Assembly (NCBI GenBank): GCA_002359075.1
Contig: DEQA01000060.1
Location: forward strand, 1-40,237
Source of the DNA: Planococcaceae bacterium UBA3378
GTDB lineage: Bacteria; Bacillota; Bacilli; Bacillales_A; Planococcaceae
Reading direction: 5' to 3'
DNA: 40,237 nt
Within the stretch, counting starts at the first letter, position 1, and every line of letters starts with the position of its first letter. Below the pieces are notes generated by a model. The model had not been told where the DNA came from and made no database searches. It saw only the letters and a list, made by a program, of their open reading frames with translations. A program made the position numbers and the translations under genes. Below are positions 1 to 9,041 of the stretch, piece by piece.

Positions 1-153
1 TCTAAAACATGCCTCGTAAACTACTAATTTACTCTTTCATCATAAAGAAATACGTAAACTTTTTCCAATCATTACAGATGAATTGTTCTTTTTAAATAGG
101 AGCTTTAATTGTTAGTGGAGTAGCATTTTGAAAAGGGACATCTGCATAAAGAA

Positions 154-180
154 CCCTCCCAAGCATGTATCTTGGGAGGG
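154..180 (-). terminator. Rho-independent terminator after the semialdehyde dehydrogenase
   Basis: CCCTCCCAAG-7nt-CTTGGGAGGG perfect 10-bp stem just past the stop at 193, followed by TTCTTT on the minus strand. Confidence 0.75.
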
Positions 181-192
181 GATAGGGGAATG

Positions 193-1707
193 CTATTTAT
201 CACTTGGGAATGCGAAGGAAAGTCCGGATGTATCGCTCGGTGTAATCCAGCGCTCGGATACCATTTTGGATTTTGTATAGAATCGAGCCTGATCTGGTCC
301 GAACATTTGACCGTCGCCAAAGCGGGAACCTTTAAATCCGGCAAAGTTATGGTAGCCTACAGGAATAGGAATCGGTACATTGACACCGACCATCCCGACG
401 TCAATTTCCGTAGTAAACTTGCGGGCTGCTGATCCGTCATTCGTGAAAATCGTGACACCATTGCCAAGCTCATGCTCATTGATTAAGGAAATCGCTTCTT
501 CCAGCGTATCGACCCTGACAATATTACGGACGGGGCCGAAAATTTCCTGATCATATAGCTCCATTCCCGGTTTAACATGGTCAAATAAAGTCGGAGCAAG
601 GAAGAATCCTTTATGGGATTTCGTAATTTCTTTTTCACGTCCGTCTACGACAAGTGCCGCTCCCTCGGCTTCCCCTTGATCAATGGCTGCGAGGATAGAC
701 TGCTTTGCCTGCGGGGAAATGACAGGTCCATAGTCAGCACCGTCCTGATAAGCCCCTACTTTTAGCGCTTCGATCTTCTCTTTTAAAATGTCAACGAGAC
801 GGTCAGCCGTGTTTTGACCGACTGCCATTAACGTAGAAATCGCCATACAGCGCTGAGAAGCCGCTCCGTAACCGGCACTGATAAAGGCATTGGCTACCTG
901 CTCCAGATCGGCATCCGGCATGACGACCATATTGTTTTTGCCGCCGCCTAATGCGACAACCCGTTTGCCGTATTTAGCACTCGTTTCATAAATATAGCGT
1001 GCCACAGGTGTTGAACCGACAAATGAAATCGCTTCAACAGCCGGGTTTTGCAGTAGTTCATTCACGGCCTCTTTATCGCCGTTCACGACTGTCCAGATCC
1101 CATCCGGCAAGCCTGCTTCCTTCCATAGCTCGGAAATATAAAGGGCTGTCATCGGCACACGCTCTGAAGCCTTTAAAATGACGGCATTCCCAACAGCTAC
1201 AGCCATGCTCGTTTGTGCAAGCGGAACCATAATAGGAAAGTTGAACGGAGCGATCGCAGCAACCACACCTAACGGATATTTGGCAGAATAAGCATTGATG
1301 CCGCCGCCGACATTGACGGAATATTCCCCTTTCATGAGATGCGGGGCGCTGATCGCCAAGTCGACCGATTCTAGACCTCGCGTTATTTCACCCATTGCAT
1401 CCTCCGCGGTCTTGCCGCTTTCTGTGCAGATTAGGTCGATTACCTTCTCTATATTGGCCGCGAGCAGATTACGGAACTTCAAGACAACCTCTGCCCGTTT
1501 TGCTACACTTAGGTCTCTCCATGCAGGAAATGCCTCGCCCGCTTTTTTAATAGCTGCCTTTACTTCTGCTACTGATGCTAATGGTACTTTGGCAATAACA
1601 TAGCCTGTTGCGGGATTGTACACGTCAGAGAAGCGCCCGCTTGCGCCGGCTACCTGCTGGCCGCCAATAAAATGAGATAGCTCTTTTACAGATGTACTAT
1701 TTGTCAT
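193..1707 (-). CDS. mmsA: CoA-acylating (methyl)malonate-semialdehyde dehydrogenase (MmsA/IolA family ALDH)
   Basis: 504 aa; IAPFNFP, SFVGSTPVA, GGGKNNMVVMPDAD, catalytic QRCMA, EIFGPV, GMVGVNVPIPIP; SD AAGGGAG upstream. Confidence 0.92.
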   Translation of the reverse strand: MTNSTSVKELSHFIGGQQVAGASGRFSDVYNPATGYVIAKVPLASVAEVKAAIKKAGEAFPAWRDLSVAKRAEVVLKFRNLLAANIEKVIDLICTESGKTAEDAMGEITRGLESVDLAISAPHLMKGEYSVNVGGGINAYSAKYPLGVVAAIAPFNFPIMVPLAQTSMAVAVGNAVILKASERVPMTALYISELWKEAGLPDGIWTVVNGDKEAVNELLQNPAVEAISFVGSTPVARYIYETSAKYGKRVVALGGGKNNMVVMPDADLEQVANAFISAGYGAASQRCMAISTLMAVGQNTADRLVDILKEKIEALKVGAYQDGADYGPVISPQAKQSILAAIDQGEAEGAALVVDGREKEITKSHKGFFLAPTLFDHVKPGMELYDQEIFGPVRNIVRVDTLEEAISLINEHELGNGVTIFTNDGSAARKFTTEIDVGMVGVNVPIPIPVGYHNFAGFKGSRFGDGQMFGPDQARFYTKSKMVSERWITPSDTSGLSFAFPSDK

Positions 1708-1788
1708 GAAATCAATCTCCCTTCGTCATAAAACAAGTTAAGTTGGATTGTCGTATGTTGTTATGCGGTTTGTTGTTTCTACAATCCC

Positions 1789-3141
1789 TTACTGTTGTGC
1801 TTCGATTGCTTCTGTCAGCTTCGATACAATCAAATCTTTTTCTTCGAGTGAAATAATAAGAGGAGGGGATAAGGTCAGGACATTATTGTAGCCGGCTACT
1901 GTCACGCCATTTTTCCCAATGATCAGCCCATTATTTTTGCAGTGGGCAATAATATTGTTTACAACCGCTACATCAAGAGGCTCCTTCGTGTTTCGGTCAG
2001 CTACAAGCTCTATACCGATAAGAAGGCCTTTTCCGCGAATATCTCCGACGTTTAGATGGGCGGCCAATTTGTTTTTCAGCTCTTTCAGTAATACGGCTCC
2101 CATCTCTTCTGACCGGCTGAAGAGATTTTCACGCTCCATGATTTCCAGGTTTTTCAGTGCTACTGCACAGGCAGCAGGGGAACCGCCAAACGTGTTGACA
2201 TGACGGAAGAAGTCATATTGGCCATTGCTCATGAACGCCTCGTAAATTTCACGGCGGACAGCCGTTGCAGAGAGCGGCATATAAGCACTTGTCAGTCCTT
2301 TTGCCATCGTGACGATATCAGGTTTTACACCGTAGTTCTGGTGGCCAAATGCTTTACCAGTCCGGCCGAATCCGCAAATGACTTCATCCACAATTAATAG
2401 GGCCCCGTGCTTTTGACAGACTTGCTGTACACCTTGCAGGTAATCATCCGGCGGCATAATGACACCGCCGCCTGTGATAATCGGTTCGACAATCACAGCC
2501 GCAATCGTATCCGAATATTCCCATGTCATGACCTCATCGATTGCTTTAACCGAAGAAAGTTCTAACGGGTTATTGCTGCTTTCCTCAGGGAATCGGTACT
2601 GATCCGGCGCCTTTACGTGTAGGAAGCCAGGTGCTAACGGCTCGTATCTATATTTTCGTTCCGCCTGGCCCGTAGCTGCCAAAGCGCCCATCGTATTACC
2701 GTGATAAGCCCGGTAGCGGGAGACAATTTTATAGCGGTTGTTCTCGCCTTTTTGCTGGAAGTACTGCCTTGCGATTTTAAAGGCTGTTTCATTCGCTTCA
2801 GACCCGCTGTTTGAGAAGAAAACAACATAATCATCACCGAGCATGTCGCTGATCTTTTCCGCTAAAACAATAGCGGATGGATGACTCATCGAAAGCGGGG
2901 TATAGTTGTTCTTCAGTAATTGCTCATAGGCGGCATTGGCAATTTCCTGATTCCCGTACCCGACGTTTACACACCAAAGGCCCGACATCGCATCGAGGTA
3001 GCGCTTGCCGTTTATATCTGTCAGCCATGAACCTTCCGCCTTTTCAATAATCATTGTTGCCTCCGGATTATAAGCCTTCATAGCATGCCATAGGAACTGC
3101 TCATCTTTTTGCGTTAAATTTGTCCCAACCTGTAAATTCAT
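1789..3141 (-). CDS. Class-III PLP aminotransferase, YhxA-like; probable beta-alanine/omega-amino acid:pyruvate transaminase
   Basis: YLDAMSGLWCVNVGYG, SNSGSEANE, YHGNT, DEVICGFGRTG, PLP lysine in TMAKGLTS; start placed at ATG 3141 behind AAGGAAGTG (ORF track starts 3186). Confidence 0.88.
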   Translation of the reverse strand: MNLQVGTNLTQKDEQFLWHAMKAYNPEATMIIEKAEGSWLTDINGKRYLDAMSGLWCVNVGYGNQEIANAAYEQLLKNNYTPLSMSHPSAIVLAEKISDMLGDDYVVFFSNSGSEANETAFKIARQYFQQKGENNRYKIVSRYRAYHGNTMGALAATGQAERKYRYEPLAPGFLHVKAPDQYRFPEESSNNPLELSSVKAIDEVMTWEYSDTIAAVIVEPIITGGGVIMPPDDYLQGVQQVCQKHGALLIVDEVICGFGRTGKAFGHQNYGVKPDIVTMAKGLTSAYMPLSATAVRREIYEAFMSNGQYDFFRHVNTFGGSPAACAVALKNLEIMERENLFSRSEEMGAVLLKELKNKLAAHLNVGDIRGKGLLIGIELVADRNTKEPLDVAVVNNIIAHCKNNGLIIGKNGVTVAGYNNVLTLSPPLIISLEEKDLIVSKLTEAIEAQQ

Positions 3142-3177
3142 CTTTTCACTTCCTTTGGATAAATTCTTTTCTCTTTT

Positions 3178-3295
3178 ATTGTGCAATGTTTTGGATTGCC
3201 CGGCATCTTACAATCTGTAACATATTAAAAGAGGATGGTTTCACATATTGCCCTATTACTCAAAAAAGCGTGAGAGAAAAGGGGACAATCTGTAT
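3178..3295 (-). promoter_or_regulatory. Candidate PucR-family operator boxes (ACA-N3-TGT) and -10 of the aminotransferase operon
   Basis: TTACAATCTGTAA 3208-3220, TCACATATTGCCC 3241-3253, GGACAATCTGTAT 3283-3295; CACAAT (minus strand, 3183-3178) lies 24 nt downstream of the proximal box. Confidence 0.5.
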
Positions 3296-3388
3296 AAGAA
3301 AATGGTATGTAAATGCTGTAGATAAATATGCAGGAAGGGAGGCGGGGGATTGTAGTCGAGACGACAATGGGCAATATGAGTGACAAAT

Positions 3389-3424
3389 AAAGGGACTTGG
3401 CTCATTAAAAACCAAGTCCTTTTT
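3389..3424. terminator. Terminator-like hairpin at the left edge of the AT-rich block
   Basis: AAAGGGACTTGG-11nt-CCAAGTCCTTTT, with T runs on both strands. Confidence 0.6.
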
Positions 3425-3689
3425 ATAATGTTTTTTGTATATGAACAGTTAACACCTTAAAATTAAATAATTTTAAGCAACATATCGATGTTTGTAAAAA
3501 AAGAAAAATACGCTAAAGCACTCATTCATATCCGGCAAGCTGCTTGCGAGCCTGAAGCAAAAGTAAACGTTCCATCACTTATGCCTAGGGAGCAGACCAC
3601 GATCTCGAGGATGTAACGTGGTTTCCTAGACAACTGTGCTCTATTTTATCCATAGGCAAAAAATCTATAGTTTCTATAGCAATAAAAAA

Positions 3690-3727
3690 ATATAGCCAAA
3701 TGAATGTAAAAACTCATTTGACTATAT
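3690..3727 (-). terminator. Terminator after the GntP permease
   Basis: ATATAGCCAAATGA...TCATTTGACTATAT stem with a T tract following on the minus strand. Confidence 0.6.
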
Positions 3728-3832
3728 CTCTTTTTTATGGGTTAGTTAAGTGACATTATGTAAAAATCTATTCTTATCTTTGTATAAAGAGATAAAAACA
3801 CCTATTTTAAAAATAGGTAGATATCTTCAAAG

Positions 3833-5272
3833 TTATCTAATTCCAAACCACGTATAGATTCCTATTACGACTAATACAGCTAATGATTTAATGATAGTAA
3901 TCATAAAAATGTCACCATAGGATTGTCTATGTGTTAAACCTGTAACTGCTAGTAATGTAATGACGGCACCGTTATGAGGAAGCGTATCCATACCACCGGA
4001 TGCCATCGCGATCACGCGGTGCATCACTTCAGGTGAAATATCCGCCAGCGCAATTGTCTTATTATATTGATCGGCCATAGCACTTAATGCAATTCCCATA
4101 CCTCCAGAGGCAGAACCTGTTATACCTGCTAGTGTACTAGTAGTAAATGCACCATTGATAAGTGGATTTGAAAATATTCCGGATATGCCATCACTGATTT
4201 TAGCGAATCCAGGAAGAGCAGCGATAATGCCGCCAAACCCGTATTCAGAACCAGTGTTCATAACAGCAAGCAGTGATCCACCAATACTGTTATTTATTCC
4301 TTCTTTCATGTTTTTGGATACACGTTTCCAATCATAAGCAAGTGCCGTTAGTATTCCGACGACTAACGCTATTTCAACTGCCCAAATAGAGGTGTTTGCA
4401 GCGACATCAACTGTATATTTTGTGAGTCCACTAGACGAGAAATCAAAACCATTTGGATACCATAGCGGGATAGCCTTTGTGAGATAATTATTCATAAATG
4501 CCACTAGCACAAGTGGAACAAACGCTAAAATTTGTCTGAATACAGATTGATGGGAACTTAGATCCGGAACAACATCCTCATTATTATGAGATTCCTCTCC
4601 TCCAAGAGCAGGAGACATATCATCTGCAAATCCGTAGTATCCTTCCCCGGCGCTTTTAGCTTGTCTCTTTCTTATTTCTAAGTAGGTTAAACCAACAAAT
4701 AAAACAAAAAAAGAGCCGATGATTCCGAGAATTGGTGCAGCATAAATGTCTGTACCAAAGTAAGATGTTGGAATTACGTTTTGTATTTGAGGTGTTCCTG
4801 GTAAAGCATCCATAGTAAACGTAAATGCTCCAAGTGCAATAGTAGCCGGCATAAGTCGTTTAGGAATATCAGCTTGCTTAAATAATTGAACAGCAAAAGG
4901 ATAAATGGCAAATACGACTACAAATAAACTTACGCCACTATAAGTTAATATGGAACCCAATAGAACAATTGTCAACATAGCTTGTTTAGTACCAATTAAT
5001 CGAACAATTGTCTTAGCAATCGATTCGGCAATTCCTGACATTTCTATCACTTTCCCGAAAACGGCCCCTAATAAAAAGACAGGAAAATAATTTTTTATGA
5101 AACTGACCATTGCATCCATAAACACACCTGAATAAAAAGGCAATACATTTACAGGATCAACAAATAAAACGGCTAATAGGGCAGCAATCGGTGCAAATAA
5201 AATGACAGAATAACCACGATAAGCAGCAAACATTAATAATCCTAGTGCAAATAATATAATTAATAAATCCAT
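3833..5272 (-). CDS. GntP-family permease, YxjC/BhbP-like (probable 3-hydroxybutyrate uptake)
   Basis: Multi-TM protein; AYRGYSVILFAP, FTMDALPGTPQIQN, GITGSASGGMGIAL, DTLPHNGAV; adjacent to a 3-HB dehydrogenase; ATG 5272 behind GAGGGTG. Confidence 0.85.
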   Translation of the reverse strand: MDLLIILFALGLLMFAAYRGYSVILFAPIAALLAVLFVDPVNVLPFYSGVFMDAMVSFIKNYFPVFLLGAVFGKVIEMSGIAESIAKTIVRLIGTKQAMLTIVLLGSILTYSGVSLFVVVFAIYPFAVQLFKQADIPKRLMPATIALGAFTFTMDALPGTPQIQNVIPTSYFGTDIYAAPILGIIGSFFVLFVGLTYLEIRKRQAKSAGEGYYGFADDMSPALGGEESHNNEDVVPDLSSHQSVFRQILAFVPLVLVAFMNNYLTKAIPLWYPNGFDFSSSGLTKYTVDVAANTSIWAVEIALVVGILTALAYDWKRVSKNMKEGINNSIGGSLLAVMNTGSEYGFGGIIAALPGFAKISDGISGIFSNPLINGAFTTSTLAGITGSASGGMGIALSAMADQYNKTIALADISPEVMHRVIAMASGGMDTLPHNGAVITLLAVTGLTHRQSYGDIFMITIIKSLAVLVVIGIYTWFGIR

Positions 5273-5368
5273 TCGTTTCACCCTCATATAGTTTGATTAT
5301 CAATTTTCCCAAACCCTCTATAAACAACCGTTTATTAAATTATTAATTGTAGGGAAAAAACGCTAAAA

Positions 5369-5412
5369 ATGAACCTCACTATCAATCAGATGTATTGATA
5401 GTAGGGTTCATC
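5369..5412 (-). terminator. Terminator-like hairpin between bdhA and the downstream permease
   Basis: ATGAACC..ACTATCAAT/ATTGATAGT..GGTTCAT long stem, followed by a T run on the minus strand. Confidence 0.6.
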
Positions 5413-5443
5413 TAAATTATTTTATTTATTTTCTTTTCTGAAT

Positions 5444-6220
5444 TTACTGAGCTGTGTAACCGCCATCAATTACTACTGCTTGTCCTGTCACGCTCTTCGC
5501 TTTATCACTTGCTAAGAACAGAGCATAATCAGCAATTTCACTAACATCCAATAATTTCTTTTGAGGAACCATAGGAAGAAGAACTTCAGCTAACACATCT
5601 TCTACTGGAACATTACGTGTTTTCGCTAAATCTTCCATTTGACCACGTACTAGTGGTGTATCTACGTAGCCTGGGCATAATGCGTTAACAGTAATACCAT
5701 GCTCGGCACCTTCTAATGCAGCAACCTTTGTTAAACCAATAACACCGTGTTTAGCACTGTTATATGCTGCTTTACCTGCAAACCCAATTAAACCGTTAAT
5801 TGATGCAATATTAATAATACGGCCGAACCCTTGCTCTTTCATAATTGGGAAAACTGTTTTCGTAATAATGAAAGGTGCAGTTAACATAATTTTTTGCATT
5901 AACTCGAATTTTTCTGTTGGGAATTCTTCTAATGGTGCTACATATTGCAATCCGGCATTATTAATAACAATATCCACCGTTCCAAATGTTTCTTTTGCTA
6001 ATTGCACTAAGTTTTGTAAATCTGCTTCTTTTGTAACATCCGCTTTAATTCCGATTGAAGCGTAACCTAAATTCTTTAATGATTCAGCAGATTCCTTTAC
6101 CGCTTCTTCATTAATGTCAGAAAGAACTACTTTTGCTCCATTTTCAGCAAAGTGTTTACCAATTTCAAATCCAATCCCGCGAGCAGAGCCTGTAATAATA
6201 ACTACTTTGTTTTCAACCAT
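5444..6220 (-). CDS. bdhA: D-3-hydroxybutyrate dehydrogenase (SDR)
   Basis: TGSARGIG, NNAGLQY, GKAAYNSAKHG (YxxxK), CPGYVDTPLVRGQ, DGGYTAQ end; SD AGGAGG. Confidence 0.9.
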   Translation of the reverse strand: MVENKVVIITGSARGIGFEIGKHFAENGAKVVLSDINEEAVKESAESLKNLGYASIGIKADVTKEADLQNLVQLAKETFGTVDIVINNAGLQYVAPLEEFPTEKFELMQKIMLTAPFIITKTVFPIMKEQGFGRIINIASINGLIGFAGKAAYNSAKHGVIGLTKVAALEGAEHGITVNALCPGYVDTPLVRGQMEDLAKTRNVPVEDVLAEVLLPMVPQKKLLDVSEIADYALFLASDKAKSVTGQAVVIDGGYTAQ

Positions 6221-6387
6221 AATAAAATTCCTCCTAATTTTGAGTGATCATTTTTTAATGCTAGTAATCTACTACGATATGATAGAGCACGCACGCGAGC
6301 CTACATAAACAAGAGATCAAAACATCTATAACTTTCAGTACCTAACACAATGTTGCAACATTGCATGCGGTACATAAAAATTCTAAG

Positions 6388-7674
6388 TTAAACTAATCCA
6401 AATGCTCCCATGATTACACCAACAATCAATGCAATGGAAGGGATTAAGAAAGCTACCATAAATACATCTTTATAAGTATCCTTAAAAGTTAAACCCGTAA
6501 CCGCTACTAATGTTAATAACGCACCGTTGTTCGGGAAGATAGACGCTCCTGAAGCAACAGCGGCAATTCTATGTAACGCATCAGGACTAATACCAGTTGT
6601 TTGGGCAACATTGTAAAAAGTATCGCCCAGCGTTGTCAGGGCGATCCCCATTCCACCAGAAGCAGACCCGGTAATAATCGCCATAATTTGTACAGAAAGG
6701 GCTTCAGCAACTAATGGATTATCAGAAATATTAAGTAACCAAGATGTAATCGTATCAAATGCAGGTACCACTGCTATTACTGCACCAAAACCAACAGCAG
6801 CACTTGTATTAAGGATCGCCATAACTGATCCTTTACCGCCCTCGTTAATCGAGAATATAAATTTTTTATAATCCCTGAAATTGATAATCATAATACTTAA
6901 AATACCTAGTAATAAAGCATATATTGCTTCTACTTTTACAATATTTAAGAAAATAACAACGACGATGAGAGGGATTAAAGATAAAATCCAGTTTGGAATT
7001 TTTTCTTCATCCTTTGTATCCTCAGAAGAATCCTCATTTGGTTCTGTATAGACCTCTCCTTTTGCAGTAAGGGACTTTGCTCTATAAGCCAACCAAAGAT
7101 ATCCACCAACTGCCATGATTAACGTTGTTACAATCCCAATAATTGGCCCAGCTGTTGGGGTAGTATGGAAATAATCCATTGGGATTAAGTTTTGGATCTG
7201 TGGCGTACCTGGAACAGATGTCATGGTAAATGTAAAGGCTCCAAGTGCAAATGTTGGCACAAGTAATTTTCTTGTGATATTTGCTTCTCTGAATAATTGA
7301 AGTGCAATCGGATAAATTGCAAAAACAACTACAAATAGACTAACTCCACCATATGTCAATAAAGCTGCTGCAATTAATACGCCAAGAATTGCTCTCTTTT
7401 TACCTATTAGCTGCGTTACCTTTTTAGCAACAGATTTAGCTGCACCCGTTTCTTCCATCAATTTGCCAAAAACTGCTCCCAATAAGAAAATAGGAAACCA
7501 CTTCTGCACAAATCCAACTAAACCGGTCATATAGGTATCTGTATATGCTTCTAAAACGTCTAACCCACTCATTAAGGCTACGACACCAGCTGCTAATGGA
7601 GCTACCCAAATAATAGACCATCCTAAATAGGCGAGGGCCATTAATAAAACTAAACCGACAATTATACTAAGCAA
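6388..7674 (-). CDS. Second GntP-family permease
   Basis: Multi-TM protein; FTMTSVPGTPQIQNLIP, ITGSASGGMGIAL; likely TTG start 7674 behind GAGGTG (ORF track 7692). Confidence 0.85.
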   Translation of the reverse strand: MLSIIVGLVLLMALAYLGWSIIWVAPLAAGVVALMSGLDVLEAYTDTYMTGLVGFVQKWFPIFLLGAVFGKLMEETGAAKSVAKKVTQLIGKKRAILGVLIAAALLTYGGVSLFVVVFAIYPIALQLFREANITRKLLVPTFALGAFTFTMTSVPGTPQIQNLIPMDYFHTTPTAGPIIGIVTTLIMAVGGYLWLAYRAKSLTAKGEVYTEPNEDSSEDTKDEEKIPNWILSLIPLIVVVIFLNIVKVEAIYALLLGILSIMIINFRDYKKFIFSINEGGKGSVMAILNTSAAVGFGAVIAVVPAFDTITSWLLNISDNPLVAEALSVQIMAIITGSASGGMGIALTTLGDTFYNVAQTTGISPDALHRIAAVASGASIFPNNGALLTLVAVTGLTFKDTYKDVFMVAFLIPSIALIVGVIMGAFGLV

Positions 7675-7996
7675 TGATTTCACCTCTTTCACTTTGTTCT
7701 AAATAATTTCAGGAATTACTGTTAACACCTGTTTTACTTCATTCAACGAACCGGGATTAGTAAGAATAAGGAATTGTTCAGATAAAATAATTTATATTCA
7801 GACTATTATTTCTTGAATTTTCAAATTAATCATTTTATCCCGTTTTTCATTTAAAAAAGCAAAAAAATAATATTTTTTAGGTGTAGCAATCAAGAAATTA
7901 TTATTATAAAATATTTTACTTTGAAATAATTTGAATGTAAAATGACTAAAAATCATATTTTTTATGAAGAAAAGGAATAAATGAAAGGGGATATGT

Positions 7997-8890
7997 ATGG
8001 AGTTACGAGATTTAAAATCATTTATGGAAGTCGCTAATCATAAAAGCTTTACGAATGCCGCTGCCCATTCTTATCTGACTCAATCTTCTTTAAGTAAAGC
8101 TATTAAAAAACTTGAAAATGAACTCGGCGTCGATTTATTTGATCGATCAACAAGACATTTATTTCTTACTGATGCCGGAAAAGTTGTGTACCAGCAAAGT
8201 CAAAAGGCATTTGCTGCATTGACTGAGATGAATCTTCTTTTAGATGATCTCAGAAATGTAACTACCGGTGAAATTAAAATCGGGATTCCACCGCTAATTG
8301 GTACTTTAATTTTCCCTAAAATCGCCAATGAATTTTATAAACATTATCCGAATGTGTCTCTACAGTTGGTAGAACAAGGTGCCAAGGTTATCGGGCGACT
8401 TGTAGAGGAGTCACAGTTGGATGTGGGCATAGTAGTATTACCGGTTAATGAGGAGAAATTAAATATCTCTCCATTTATCCAAGATGAATTTGCTTTATTC
8501 CTCCACAAGGATCATAAATTAGCTAAAAGGACCAGCATTACTTTGAATGAATTAAAAGACGAGAAATTCATTATATTCTCAAAAGATTTCACTTTACATG
8601 ATTACATTATTCAAACATGCGAAAGAAGCGGATTCACTCCCTCCATCTCTTATCAAAGTTCGCAATGGGATTTAATTATTGAGCTTATATCATCCAAACT
8701 TGGCATCACTTTACTTCCTAAATCGATTTATAAAAGACAAAATAACAAAAATATTAAAATTATAGACATTGCTAACACTGATTTATGTTGGAAAATAGGC
8801 ATTATTACAAAGAAAGATGCCTACCAATCGTTTGCACTAAAGGAATTTTTAAAAATGCTTAATTCTACTTTTAGACAGGGAAAACTGTAG
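7997..8890 (+). CDS. LysR-family transcriptional regulator (CidR-like), divergent from gntP-bdhA
   Basis: N-terminal HTH SFTNAA..LTQSSLSKAIKKLENELGVDLFDRSTR; 297 aa; SD AAAGGGG. Confidence 0.92.
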   Translation: MELRDLKSFMEVANHKSFTNAAAHSYLTQSSLSKAIKKLENELGVDLFDRSTRHLFLTDAGKVVYQQSQKAFAALTEMNLLLDDLRNVTTGEIKIGIPPLIGTLIFPKIANEFYKHYPNVSLQLVEQGAKVIGRLVEESQLDVGIVVLPVNEEKLNISPFIQDEFALFLHKDHKLAKRTSITLNELKDEKFIIFSKDFTLHDYIIQTCERSGFTPSISYQSSQWDLIIELISSKLGITLLPKSIYKRQNNKNIKIIDIANTDLCWKIGIITKKDAYQSFALKEFLKMLNSTFRQGKL

Positions 8891-9041
8891 CGAAACTTTT
8901 ATATAACTTGGCAAAGACTTTAACCAATACATGTGTTGCCTCCGCCGGTTAGAAAAAATATGCCCCCTCAAGAGGGGGACTAGGTAGTTACTAGCAAACA
9001 AAAACTCCGGCTAAACACTCCTTTTCTCGTAAAGCTGCTGG

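Noticed and set aside
3420..8940. Active mobile element
   Set aside because: No integrase or transposase, terminal inverted repeats or direct-repeat flanks found by eye
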